Of a stretch of DNA of 64,000 nt, positions 14,434-26,423 are shown piece after piece (within the stretch, counting starts at the first letter, position 1; every line of letters starts with the position of its first letter). Source of the DNA: Paraspadella gotoi (taxonomy: Eukaryota; Animalia; Chaetognatha). The position numbers and the translations under genes are program-made. The stretch lies in NCBI GenBank assembly GCA_051294375.1, contig CM119267.1:3716759-3780758 (forward strand), written 5' to 3'. The notes beneath the pieces are model-generated. The model had not been told where the DNA came from. It did no database searches and was given only the letters and a program-made list of their open reading frames with translations.

Positions 14434-14764
14434 TTCTCTCTCTCTGAGTAAAAATAAAACGAAAAATATAAGATGGAACGAAGAAAGCCAAAGACCGATG
14501 AACTAGGAGAAGAAGAAACGCAATAACCAAGGAGGAACATACGATAGGAGCGAACAAGAAAACTAAGGGATAACGGCAGCAAATGAGCGTAACGAACGAA
14601 CGAAGGAACTAATAAAGGAACAAAATAACTAAGAAAAGAAATGAACGAAAGGAAGGATCGAAGGAACGAAAGTACAGAAGAACAAAGGAACCTGCGTCCG
14701 AACGAAAGAACGAATGAATGAACAAAGGAACCCAGGAAAGAACGAAAATATGAACGAAGGAAAG

Positions 14765-14842
14765 AATGAAGGAACGAAGGAACGAAGGAACGAAGGAACG
14801 AAGGAACGAAGGAACGAAGGATCGAAGGAACGAAGGAACGAA
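14765..14842 (+). repeat. (GAAGGAAC)n 8-bp tandem repeat
   Basis: About 9 consecutive units. Confidence 0.9.
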
Positions 14843-15109
14843 AGATGCTCTGACCACGTTTCTCGTCTTGAGAATGAGAGGAAGGAAAAACCGTAAAAGG
14901 AAAGAAAATTCGATTCGAGGCTAAAAAACCAGTTGGGTTTCGCCATTTGGCCGGACGGATGGACGGACGGACGGACGGACCCAGATTTATTGAGTGATGA
15001 AGATAGAAAAGAAGAGACTAGAGAGGAATAGAGAATAAAGGAGGATGGGGAAAAGAGAAGAGAGGGGAAAAGAGAAGTGAGGTAAAAGAGAAGTGAGGGA
15101 TAAGAGAAG

Positions 15110-15471
15110 TCAGGGAAAAGAGAAAGGGACTGAGAATTCTTGGCATTTTTCTCTTTCAAAGAGAGGCGTTAGGCGTTTGGCATTGACGGCCACCATATTT
15201 GTGATGGCGTCGGCGTTTAGGATGGCATCTGCAATGGCATCTGCAATAGCTCCTGCTATGGCTTCTGAATGAGCATTTGTAATTGCATCTGCAATGGCAG
15301 CTGCAGTGGCATTTCTAATGGTATCTACAATGTCATCTGCAATGGCATTTGCAATGGCATTTGCAATGTCCTCGGTGTTATTGGACCCCGAAGGAAAAAA
15401 TGTTAGTTCACGGTTAGAAAATATAGTTTTTTTTAGATTTCGAAGAATCGTTGTTGTTTTTATGTTGGAGG
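15110..15471 (-). CDS. Candidate exon with a 4-residue AIA[DN] repeat
   Basis: Open frame ...SNRELTFFPSGSNNTEDIANAIANAIADDIVDTIRNATAAAIADAITNAHSEAIAGAIADAIADAILNADAITNMVAVNAKRLTPLFEREKCQEF..., possible acceptor ATTCCAG at 15472. Repeat units show synonymous variation (GCC/GCT/GCA, ATT/ATA/ATC). Absent from the ORF track because it has no early start codon. Noisy duplicate at about 7660-8075. Confidence 0.55.
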
Positions 15472-15949
15472 CTGGAATGGTTTTTATTCAACGCGTGAGA
15501 GAGAGAGAAAGTGAGTGAGCGAGGGAGAGGGAGACGAGGGAGAGGGAGAGGAGGAGGGAGAGAGAGAAAGACGAGAGGAGTGAAGGACGGGAGGGCAGAG
15601 AGGAATGAGTGAGTGTAGTTAAGGTGAGTAAAGTGATTGGATGGAGATGTTACGAGAGAGAGAGAAAGAGCAATGATGGAAGAGCGATGAGGAGGAGTGA
15701 GTTGAGTACATGGATGCGAAAGCCGCTTCCGAGTATGCGAGGCGAAGAAAGGATTTGATGAAAACAACGGGGAAGAGAGATGAGAGAGAGAGAGAGGTGG
15801 GAGACGAGAGAGCAGAGAGGCGGAGGGGAGGAGGAACGGGAGATGAGGAGAGAGAGAGAAGAGAGAGGAGGAGGAAGAGAGAGAGAAGAGAGAGAGATGA
15901 GAGAGAAGAGGACGAGTAGAGAGATGGAGACAGAGGAGAGAGAGGAGGA

Positions 15950-15994
<45 letters not shown>

Positions 15995-15996
15995 TT

Positions 15997-16106
15997 CCCC
16001 GGCAGCGTCACTACAGAGGGCTTCGGGCCGAAGATAGGATCAGCAAAAATTGGTGGGGGGACAACAGAGATAATGGCCGAGACCAAAAGGTCGTGAGGCC
16101 GATGAC
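15997..16106 (-). CDS. Candidate exon, Pro-rich
   Basis: Unique island between CT tracts reading GHRPHDLLVSAIISVVPPPIFADPIFGPKPSVVTLPG. No canonical AG acceptor: the tract ends CCCACGG. Confidence 0.3.
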
Positions 16107-16154
16107 CCGTGGGAGGGGAGATAGAGAGGGAAGAGAGAGAGAGAGAGAAGAGAG

Positions 16155-16200
<46 letters not shown>

Positions 16201-16827
16201 GAGATGAAGAGACATGCGAGAGAGTGAAGATAGGGAAAGAGGATAGAGGAGTGAAGAAGAATGAAAAGACACGAGAGAGAAGATTAGAAAGATAGATAGA
16301 GATACGAGAGAGCAGAGAGAATGAAAGACATTGAAAAGAGTGAAACGATAAAAAGAAATAGAGAGGGAAGAGAGAATGAAAGAAGAGAGAAGAGAAGATA
16401 GATAGAGATAGAGAGAAAAGAAAGGGGAAAATAAAGAGGCCAAAAATTACAAAAGAAGCAGTGTGGAGCAATCCGCCACGCGAGAAAGTTCGCGTGTCGT
16501 AATTTGTCTTCATCTTTTCCCGAGAAAAGTAAGTGTTATGTGTGCTGTTTGTACTTTTTACTTCACTTTTTAAACTAGTAACTTAACTTTAATCTTAACT
16601 AAGCTTGATGTATGTTGTAAACCTTCGGCTTCATTGTTTTTTTAATTTTGAAAATTTCCACCTCTGCAGGTTTGGTTTGACTTGCTAAATAATCTAATTA
16701 ATGCAAACTTATCCTTCGCGCCAAAATTAATCATCTCATTTTAGTACTAGCAGAGCAAAGTTTGAAACTATTAACCTTTTTCTCGTAAAAAAAAGTCTTA
16801 ACAGGAAATCCCAGGTGAAAATCTCAC

Positions 16828-16944
16828 TCGAAGGCGCGAGTTTCCCGCGCGATCGTAAGTCTCCGAGGAAAACGAGATTTCAAGGTCGTGCGTTCGAGGC
16901 GCGGTCGAGACCGTACGACGCCGCTTCGCTCCAAGTCGATATAT
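16828..16944 (-). CDS. Candidate internal exon, 117 nt
   Basis: CT tract plus CTGACAG acceptor and GTGAGA donor; length divisible by 3. Two frames are open (IYRLGAKRRRTVSTAPRTHDLEISFSSETYDRAGNSRLR or YIDLERSGVVRSRPRLERTTLKSRFPRRLTIARETRAF). Confidence 0.55.
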
Positions 16945-17013
16945 CTGTCAGAGAAGAGAGAGAGAGAGGAGATTTTTTTATTCGGGAATAAAGAATTTTG
17001 AAAAAGGAGGAGC

Positions 17014-17089
<76 letters not shown>

Positions 17090-17429
17090 TGAAGTGAGTG
17101 AGAGTTCATTACGAGGACATGGGATGCAAGATTTGGGAAATGGGACTGAGAAGAGGCGAGGGGCGAGGAGGATGAGGAGGAAGAGGGAGGAGAAGAGGAG
17201 GAGGAGGAGGAGGGGAAGAGGAGGTAAATAGGAAGATTAGAAAATGATCACAGAGATGAAGATGATATAATTAAGGATATGAAAAAAAGTATTTATAGAA
17301 CTCAGTTAAAAGTCAGGGGAAAAGATTACATGAATGGATAATTTCATATTAGTTGTATCCAATTGGAAAAAGGGTTATTTTTTCCACAAAGAGGAAAACT
17401 TGTAAATAGTAATGTTTTTTTTCATTCAA

Positions 17430-17602
17430 CGTTCAAGGTGGTTTTTGTTCTGAGTGAGAGGTGGACACCATGTGATGTTTTTGTTTGGGGTTGAGGTACT
17501 AATAATAAAGACGGTCTCGTTCGATTCTTTGCGACGTCGACGTCTCTACTCTCAACTCATTTTCGGAAAAAAAACCTTTTTGACATTTTGTTCTTTTCAG
17601 TT
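17430..17602 (-). CDS. Candidate exon (reading frame uncertain)
   Basis: Pyrimidine tract plus CTCGTAG acceptor. Protein-like peptides in different frames (TEKNKMSKRF.., RRRRKESNETVFIISTSTPNKNITWCPP) imply indel errors. Confidence 0.35.
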
Positions 17603-18490
17603 CTACGAGAGGGGGAGGAAAAAGGGAGGGAGCGAGCAGGAAGGAAGAGGAGGAGGAAGGAGAAGAAGAGGAGGAGGAAGGTGGAAAATGTCTTAATGAG
17701 TCGGGAGGTTTAATGAAAGTTTTGGTTTAAAAGAGGAGAGCCGAGTTTTCACCATAACGATCAAGTAGACCCTGGATTAGATGAAAGTTTGAAAACCGAA
17801 TGTGGAATGCGTTACCCAAGTTCCCTGGTGATATGAAAGACATTAAAGAACGCTTTAATTCTGATATATAACGAAATTAACTAATATCGTTAATTTTTTA
17901 TTTGTTTCGAGATAGTCTCTCGGTTGTTAGATTATTGTTATTCGTCGTTAGATTATTATTATTGAATTCGTATCTTTGCCGTTACGAAGTATCTGATTGG
18001 TATGAGAATAATAGAAACCAATGATTCGCGACAGTCGGTAAGCATTTAAAGAATGTTATTTTGTCATTTTATGGTTGAGTTTAGGTTCATGATTTTTAAT
18101 ATTTTTTTCTCTCTTGTTACGTTTAGAAATAGTCTCACTTCGACTTTCTTCACGTCTCAAGCTCATGCAATGTCTATATACTTCAATACAAATTAAAATT
18201 AACAACTTCGAATTTATAAAAATGAACGTAAAATCCTCAATAAAGATATTTGAACTCTATTTCGCTCCTTCAGTCGCAGAGATTAATTTCTTGGGCGAAA
18301 AGGAAGAAATTTTTGAAAATGAGAAAATTCGTGACGGAGTCGAGTTNNNNNNNNNNNNNNNNNNNNNNNNNAAGATTATGAAAAGGGAAGAACGACGTTT
18401 GCAGCGGAGGAGAAAGGAGAGAGAGATGATGTTTGAGAAATGGATTGAACAAATTGGACGAGAGAGAGAGAGAGAGAGACAGAGAAGAGA

Positions 18491-18525
<35 letters not shown>

Positions 18526-18749
18526 GGGGAGTGAGAGAGGGATGGTGTGGAAGGTGATAACGAAATAAGGCGAGAGAAAGTAAGGAAGAAATCGAGAGAT
18601 AAGACACAATTGGAAATAATCAGGATCTCCACTGCAAGACAGTAAAAGAACAACAGAAGCGAGGAGAGAAGAGAAGCAGAGAAATGAAGAGAAGAAGAAG
18701 TGCGATAGAAAGCAGAAAATATAGAAGAGCTAGATAAGAAAGAGGAAAG

Positions 18750-21540
18750 CTGAAGCAGCTTCTGACAGTTCACTGTCAGAACACCTTGTGAATTCGCTTT
18801 TTTAAGGGGTTCAGAAAAAGCAAGCAACTGAAACAAAAATATGGAAAAAAAATCTATATATTATTTAAAGAAATAAAAGAAAGCAAAAATATGTACAATT
18901 GTTTTACAATTGGAATGCTCCATATTTTTCTCATCGCCAGCTGGTAAAAGATCTATTTTAATTTTATTATCATTAACATTATAGTTTCTCATAAAAAGTT
19001 ATTTCTGAGGTCCAATTTTTTATTCATAGATTTTTTAAAATAAATTTGAATTTCATCTTCAATATGTATATACTGCAATATGTAAAAATTAGCATTAAAG
19101 GCATTTTCTACATACTATTTGGACTTCATATTATAATGAGATCTATAACTCTCATTTGCATATCTTGCAGTAAAATCATAATGAAGTGGAAATTCAAACA
19201 AAAATAACTTAAATCCAAAATTGTAATGCGAAAATATCAAAGCTATTCAAGATGAGAAAGCCATATCTAAATTTTTTAACTTACATGATCACACTTTTGT
19301 AAAACTTTATCATAATTCAATAATAATTTTATTAAAAAAAGGTAAGTCCCAACCCAAACCTATAAAGGCATAGTAGTTTTTATATAAAAATAGCGTGACG
19401 CCGTACGGACGACCGACGACGGACGACGCGTCACAAGAAGCAATCTAAAAACATTATAGAGCCTGAACCGGCTTCGCCGGTCATGGCTCGATAAAAAAGT
19501 CAGGGATTGCACTCAAAATCTGGGGCAGTGGACAGTGGTCTCGGGAGCGGTGGAGCATTGGCAGCGAGTAAAAAATCTCTGATCCGATTCTCCACCATCC
19601 TCTTGCCTCTGACATTGACCACGCAGTTTTACAATCCCAGCTGTATTAATGAAGAGATGTTAGTGATGCTATGATGTCATAAATGCTCCCACGACATTCC
19701 CTCCAGAACTCGTTCTTCTCTGACCGCAGGAATTAGCGTGGTCAGGTCAATGGCCAGTATCCTAATCGGATCCGCTGCGTTAGAAATAAGCAATTCCGCC
19801 TTTTCAAACACCTGAGTAAGTCTATGCGTTCTCTATCATTTATTCATTGTAATCGGATTGTGTAATCTTTACAATTTTTCTATACATGTTGTACCAATTC
19901 TTTTATTAATCCAAATTCTTTTATTTTCTCATCCCAAAGAGCGGGTAAAAATGGAATTAAGTAACCTCTACTTATGATACAAATTTAAATTTAAATTTAA
20001 TCTATCTTTTTTCATTTCAGGGATCATCTCCATACGGCCTGCATCTACTTCTTCCATCTTATGATTCGGTGTTCTATAACACCTCTTTTATTGCGGAAGC
20101 GACTGCTTACGCCCATAAGCATTTCTGTAAACGTAGACAATAGACGTGCGCCCGATGTAAGCGACGGCGACTTTGATACGCCAATTAATGCGCCGATGGA
20201 TTGCGCACTGTTGACGCAGCTGAAGATAGAAACAGCGCCGCTAGAGGTGGAGGGGAGATGGTTTTAAGGAATCAAAGAATAGTATTGGCATTCATATTAA
20301 GTACTGTAATGCATTATTATAGTCTGAAAATTGCAGATTACTTGTTCACTATCTTTAGTTTTTTTAATTTAAAATATTTAAAATATTTAAAATATTTAGA
20401 ATATTTTGAATTGTCACCATATCATAGTTTGAATTACTATTCAATTTTCATACGAGGCAACCCAGTGGTCATTAATTTTTTTGTTGGTGAAACGACAAAA
20501 GCTGCTTGACTTCTTTTTTTCTTTTTCTGTACCTCGTGGTCAAGGAATATGGACAAGGGATCTCGGTTAGACCAACATGGTCTTGCCCTCTCTTGGCATT
20601 TTTCCGTCTTTCTTTCTCCTGATTGACAATCAGAGAGGAGGCTTTCCTCAGGAAACCGACGGCAGGGAAAGCAGGAGAGGAACTGGATCACTTCTTCAAC
20701 TTACCTTCAAGAACTCAAACATATTTATATATTTGTTTATTGTCGTTTATTCCTTCATAATCCCTCAACAAATCGTTTATTTCCTCGTGTGTTTAATGTT
20801 AATAATTTCGCTAGTTTCTTCCTAAATAAACCACCGACTTCCTTCGTAGTGGGCAGTTCAGGTCACGACCTGAGGTGTTTCCGCTTTGTTATGTGCAGGT
20901 ACATCAAATTAATTAATTATGATTATGATTATTACCGATCTTCGACGATGCACTTAATCTTTACCCGAAATGATGCCCCACCCGGCAAAGAGGAGGGCGC
21001 TGATCCACCCTGCGTGACCACGATGGGCGTGAATGGACCAGCAAAGGTTGATGGCCGGAAGCGGATGACGAGACCCAGCGGCGTTGTGGCTGTCGGAAAA
21101 GCAAAATGTTTGGAGCCACGAAATGTAAGAGTACGCCTTGTTCGTTGCTTGTTGCTTGTATGTCATCATCAAATCATTTCACCCAGTTTCATTGCGTTAT
21201 ATTCATTGGTTAAGCAATCATGGCGGCACACATTAATTATTATAGCAAGAACTAAAAGTAGTGTTGAACTTGAAACTTGAAGACCGCGGGAACCTTGTCA
21301 GAGGATATGGGGCACACTTCCAAATATTTAAATCTATTTGCTTTTGCGTCTGGGAAAAATAATTTCAACAATAAAAGAAAATCTTAGGGACATTCACGTT
21401 TATTTTTAGTTTTCAAACTAAATGAAATTTTTAGTTCATATTTTATGCAGAAAGAAATCCATTTGAGAAAAAAATCTTAAAAAGGTCTATAAGGATCTCA
21501 GACAGACCTTACTATCAAAATCAATTTAATGAAAAAGTAC
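18750..21540. other. ~2.8-kb normal-complexity segment present only in copy B of block 1
   Basis: Copy A runs from ...TCCACTGCAA.. through a GA tract directly to GGAACATGATCGGCCACCATC (11420-11790). Copy B has this segment inside the same GA tract. Confidence 0.8.
19390..19498 (-). mobile_element. 5' end of a second HINE/DINE-like family
   Basis: Minus strand: T-run, hairpin GAGCCATGACCGGC-GAA-GCCGGTTCAGGCTC, TATAATG, then a CGTC/GTCC-rich tract. Confidence 0.45.
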
Positions 21541-21601
21541 GAGAGAGAGAGAGTTGGAACCATGAGTCGGCCACCATCTGCCATCTGTTGAATTGCGATT
21601 C

Positions 21602-21809
21602 TTAGTAATTGGATGTCGACGCTTTTCTCTTATTTGAGAGAATTGAGGCTCTTCCGCCCGATTCGTCGTTATCGGCGTCGTCGTCATCGTCGTCGTCGTT
21701 ATCGTCGTCGTCGCCGTCTGTGCCGTGGTTATCGGCGTCGTCGTCGTCATTATTGGCGTTGTCATCGTCATCGTCGTCGTCGTCGTTATCTTCCTTGTCA
21801 AAAACATCG

Positions 21810-21846
<37 letters not shown>

Positions 21847-21910
21847 TATCATCATTTTCTCTACTACATCGTTTCCATTTTGGAACGAGTGATATAAATA
21901 TTGATATCAA
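21602..21910 (-). CDS. Candidate exon, very Asp/Asn-rich
   Basis: Frame ...RENDDNDDDD..VFDKEDNDDD..NANNDDDDADNHGTDGDDDDND..ADNDESGGRASILSNKRKASTSNY. Mixed GAT/GAC codons, with interruptions that keep the frame. Noisy duplicate at about 11815-12100. Confidence 0.5.
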
Positions 21911-22052
21911 TACTGATGATTATTATCCCAGGTTCGTTAAGACATTGCGTGTCATTTTGACAAAAGAGAGAAACGGGGTTAATATAAAATATTAAATCTA
22001 ATTTTGACTTGAAGAATAAAAAGTCGATGGAATAATCGATATAATCGATTTT

Positions 22053-22117
<65 letters not shown>

Positions 22118-23267
22118 CTTTCTCTCTCCCTCCCTTTGGTCGCAACACCGTTCCTGCGTATTAGTTGGCCGAATACCAAAAATAATAAATGAGTTTGCCA
22201 CGAAGACCATTCTAACGCTTATTGGACAAACGTCACGCCGATTACAAAAAATTTGACGCGTGACTCAGATATTGAAAAAAACAAAATTGATATCGACGGG
22301 AAAATGTTTGTGTTAAAAAAATCACGAGAGGGATAAATGGCACTAATTCACCACTCGAGTGCGTTGGCTCTCTCTCTCTCTCTCTCTCTCTCCATCTCTT
22401 TTCTCCTCTCTCTCCTTCTCTTTTTTCTCTCTCTCTCTCTGGGGAGATCCGTATAAACCGTTGATAATCTCATCCATCAAAAACCCTCGCGGCTCCCAGA
22501 TAAAAAAACTGGACGGGGCCCGGTGGCGAGCATAACGCCGCCCTGGCGCCGGGCCTCACTTTGAAAATAAAAGAGAGGAAAAAAAAAGTGAAGAGAGAGC
22601 GAATCACCGAAACGTGAGAGAAACAAAAAAGAAGATAACGATGATTGGAGGAGAAAAGAAAAGGAGGAAGATAGAAGAGGACGAGGATAGAAACGGAGGA
22701 AGATAGAAAAGGAGAAAGATAGAAAAAAAGGAAGATAGAAAGGGGAGAGATGAATGACCTGTGGGGGGGAGGGAATGGAGAGGAAAAGAAGGAGGAGGGG
22801 AGGGAAGGGGCCCCCTTTTCCCAAAGCGCCACATTTCAACTTTAATTCAGAATTAAAATTATTTTTGGGGTTTTGAGATTATAAGTAGGGAATAGATTAG
22901 AGTTTTGGTTAGTGATTAGGTTTGGCTTGGATATAAGAGTGAGGCTATAAATTTTTGAAATCTAGTAAATGGGGAGCTGTTGGAAAATAGTGCCGAGGGA
23001 AGGAGTGGAGGAAAAGGGAGACGACGAACAGATGAATGACCAGAGGAGTGAGGGAAGGGAGGAAGAGGAGGAGGGGGAGGGGAGGAAAGGAAAAGAAAGG
23101 AAAGGAAGAGGAAAGGTGAGCTGATGAATGACCACAGGGAAATGGAAGCAAGGAGAAAGGAGAAAGGAGGAAGGAGGAACTGATAAATGACCACAGGGAA
23201 ATAGGAACGGGTCGGACTTTGGGAGGGGAGGAAGGAATGCAGAGGGAGAAAAGAAGAAAAGAAATAA

Positions 23268-23493
23268 ATAAGTGGAGGAAAAGGAGGAAGAGAAAAAGGA
23301 AAGATAAGTGGGGGAAAAGGAGAAAGAAGAGAAAAAGGAAAGATAAGTGGAGGAAAAGAAAAAAGAAGAAAAAAAGGAACGATAAGTGGAGAAAAAGGAG
23401 GAAGAAAATAAAAATAAAAGATTGGTGGAGGAAAAGGAGGAAGAAGAGAAAAAGAAAAGATAAGTGGAGGAAAAGGAGAAAGAAGAGAAAAAG
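23268..23493 (+). repeat. 36-39 bp purine-rich minisatellite, about 6 copies
   Basis: Unit GATAAGTGGAGGAAAAGGAGGAAGA(AGA)GAAAAAGGAAA; runs into an N gap. Confidence 0.8.
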
Positions 23494-24140
23494 NNNNNNN
23501 NNNNNNNNNNNNNNNNNNNNNNNNNNNNNNNNNNNNNNNNNNNNNNNNNNNNNNNNNNNNNNNNNNNNNNNNNNNNNNNNNNNNNNNNNNNNNNNNNNNN
23601 NNNNNNNNNNNNNNNNNNNNNNNNNAGGAATAAAGGAATAAAGATGGAAAAAAGATTTTGTCAAAAAAAAGGAGAGGAAAAGAAAAGAAAGGAAGATTAA
23701 GGAAAGAAGATCAGGTAGAGAAAATTCGATATCAGAAAATTTTAATCGAATAAATCAGAGAAAAGTGAAAAAAANNNNNNNNNNNNNNNNNNNNNNNNNN
23801 NNNNNNNNNNNNNNNNNNNNNNNNNNNNNNNNNNNNNNNNNNNNNNNNNNNNNNNNNNNNNNNNNNNNNNNNNNNNNNNNNNNNNNNNNNNNNNNNNNNN
23901 NNNNNNNNNNNNNNNNNNNNNNNNNNNNNNNNNNNNNNNNGGAAGAAAGACATCTAGAAAGAAAGAAAAATAACAGAAAGATAGAGAATATAACTTTTTA
24001 GCTTCAATATCTTATTTTTGCGAGAAAAAAGGATATAAAAACTAAAGCAGTAATTAAATTTAATTACAAGTACGTGAAATTGATGAAATTATCCTTTGAA
24101 AGAAATTTCTATGATTTTTATGACTCGATGAAAGCCCTGA

Positions 24141-24176
<36 letters not shown>

Positions 24177-24526
24177 NNNNNNNNNNNNNNNNNNNNNNNN
24201 NNNNNNNNNNNNNNNNNNNNNNNNNNNNNNNNNNNNNNNNNNNNNNNNNNNNNNNNNNNNNNNNNNNNNNNNNNNNNNNNNNNNNNNNNNNNNNNNNNNN
24301 NNNNNNNNNNNNNNNNNNNNNNNNNNNNNNNNNNNNNNNNNNNNNNNNNNNNNNNNNNNNNNNNNNNNNNNNNNNNNNNNNNNNNNNNNNNNNNNNNNNN
24401 NNNNNNNNNNNNNNNNNNNNNNNNNNNNNNNNNNNNNNNNNNNNNNNNNNNNNNNNNNNNNNNNNGAGCCAATTGTGCATATAAAGGATTTTCACCAAGA
24501 ATAAAGGATGAAGCCAGATCATATTG

Positions 24527-24662
24527 TATGAAATTGGTACAACCAATATAAAAATTATCTATTCATTTAATAAATGTCCTGACTTTGGACAGGCTTTGGT
24601 GGCTTCAGGCCTCCATCACTCTTACAAGATAATGACGTAGCAGGTCCCTGCAAGCTTTCAAT
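24527..24662 (-). repeat. Dispersed repeat, copy 2 of 1291-1468
   Basis: Reverse-complement match that includes substitutions, so probably a true dispersed family. Confidence 0.75.
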
Positions 24663-25089
24663 CAAGACTCTCTCTCAGTCTTGTTTATTCACTCCCAGTA
24701 TACCTGGCTTCCTTATCAATGACAGGGTATAATATTTCGAATTCATATTTTATGTTCCAAAATCCAAAAAAATGAAAAAGCGGTGTTTGTGAAGAAATTA
24801 GGAAAGATAGACTAAACGACACCTCTCTCTCTCTCACTCTCTCTCTCTCTCTCTCTCTCTTTTCCTCTCTCTCTTCGTCTCGCCTTCTCTTCCCTTCTCT
24901 CTCTCTCTCTCTCTCTCTCTCCTCTCTTCTCTCTCTCTCTCTCTCATCTCTTTTTATTTTGCTATCCGTTGTCAGAAAAACCAAGAAATTTAGAAAGAGA
25001 TGAAAAACGAGATTTTCGTCGATTGATTTTTTTTTTAAGGGAAAATGAAGGAGGGAGAGACGAGGGTAGAGGAGAGAGATGCAGGGAGG

Positions 25090-25133
<44 letters not shown>

Positions 25134-26354
25134 GAGAGATAGAGAGAGAGAGAAGGGATCGGGAGAGAGGGGAGGGAGGAGCGCGAGAGAGGGAGAGAGG
25201 AAAGGGAAGAAAGGACAAACTTGCAGGAGAAAGATGCGAGGAAGCGAAAGAAAAGAAAGAGGAAGTGAGGAAGGGAAAAGGGAGAGCAGGAAGTAGGAAA
25301 GAGGACGAGGAGGAGGTAGAAGAATTTGAGGAAAGAAAAAGGGGAAGTGGGGAGGGATAAGATAAAAACTAAGGAAAGGGAGGAAATTAAAGGGAAAAGA
25401 GAAAATCTCGAGAAAAGGTTGAGAGAGACGAATGACATTCCGAGTGGAAAGAAAGAAAAAAAAACTTAAGGGGAGGAAAAAAGAAAAGAAAAAAGAAAAA
25501 CTTGGGTCTTAACGTAACAGCGAAATGAGGGAAAAATGACGGATGAATAAAATCTTGGGAGAAAATGAAGAAGTTACGGTACTATTTTCGGAAAGCGCTC
25601 AATTGTTGTAATTTAATCACTGAACTTAGTATTAACAAATTTTACAATATTCGTAACCTAATCCGTAACCCTAAATCTAATCCTTAATCTTAATCAAATA
25701 CTGAATCCCTAATCCATCCAAAACCTCGAGCCTAATTTTTAAAGCAATGGGCCGCTTTTGAAAAAATATGGCGGAAAAGACGAGGGGGGGAAATAGAAAT
25801 GGAGGAAGACAGAAGTAAAAAGGGGAAAAAATGAAAATAAAAATTAAAGAAATGTTAAGTATAAAAGTTTGTGGGATAAAGTAAAAAGATGCTAAAAATC
25901 GCATTAAAAAATGTAAAAAGTGGTCATCCCGAGACAAGAGAGAGACAAGAAAGAAGACAAAGAAGGGAATAAGGAAAAGACAAGATGGGATAGTAAAAAT
26001 AAAAGAGGAAATTGAATGTGAAAGAAGACAGGGGGAGGAGAAAATACATTTAAAAGACATGAATTGTTTCTGTCATCTTTTAAATCTCATGTAGTGAGGC
26101 ATAAATGGAGATAAGAAAGTGAACTTGTAATAAGAAAAAGTAAAGCAAAGGAGACGAAAAATGAGACAAAAAAGCAGAGAAAAAATAGACAAAGAAAAGA
26201 GACAGATAAAGAAAGATTTCTCTGCTACAGAGAATCAGTGGGAAAAAGAAGAGAAAGATTTATCGCTTTCCGCAAATTGAGACTCGATCACTGAACTTTT
26301 TTTTTAAGCCGAAATTCGTTCCGATTGTTTAATTCTTTTTCTCTTTTTATTCAG

Positions 26355-26423
26355 CGAGGGAATGATCAAGATGAAGTTGTGAAATGGAAGTTAGCCTTGA
26401 CTGAATTGTTCAGCTTTAACTGA
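26355..26423 (+). CDS. Candidate short exon RGNDQDEVVKWKLALTELFSFN*
   Basis: Strong acceptor TTCTTTTTCTCTTTTTATTCAG. The peptide resembles an amphipathic 'E...W..AL' helix. Confidence 0.25.
   Translation, partial: RGNDQDEVVKWKLALTELFSFN

Larger units (their letters stand above)
13456..23203 (+). repeat. Duplicated block 1, copy B (cleaner, with a 2.8-kb insert)
   Basis: Starts GGAGATAAAGCGAGAAGATATTAAT as at 5846 and ends GATAAATGACCACAGGGAAA as at about 13450. Confidence 0.9.

Noticed and set aside
16881-16905. AGGTCGTGCGTTCGAGGCGCG as a tRNA T-arm
   Set aside because: No D-arm or anticodon arm upstream, the stem is imperfect, and the site lies inside a well-bounded minus-strand exon candidate.
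18729-18781. Hairpin plus CTAG as a canonical Helitron 3' end for the 2.8-kb insert
   Set aside because: The main hairpin is about 26 nt from the CTAG, the next base is not T, and no 5' TC terminus is evident at the other end.
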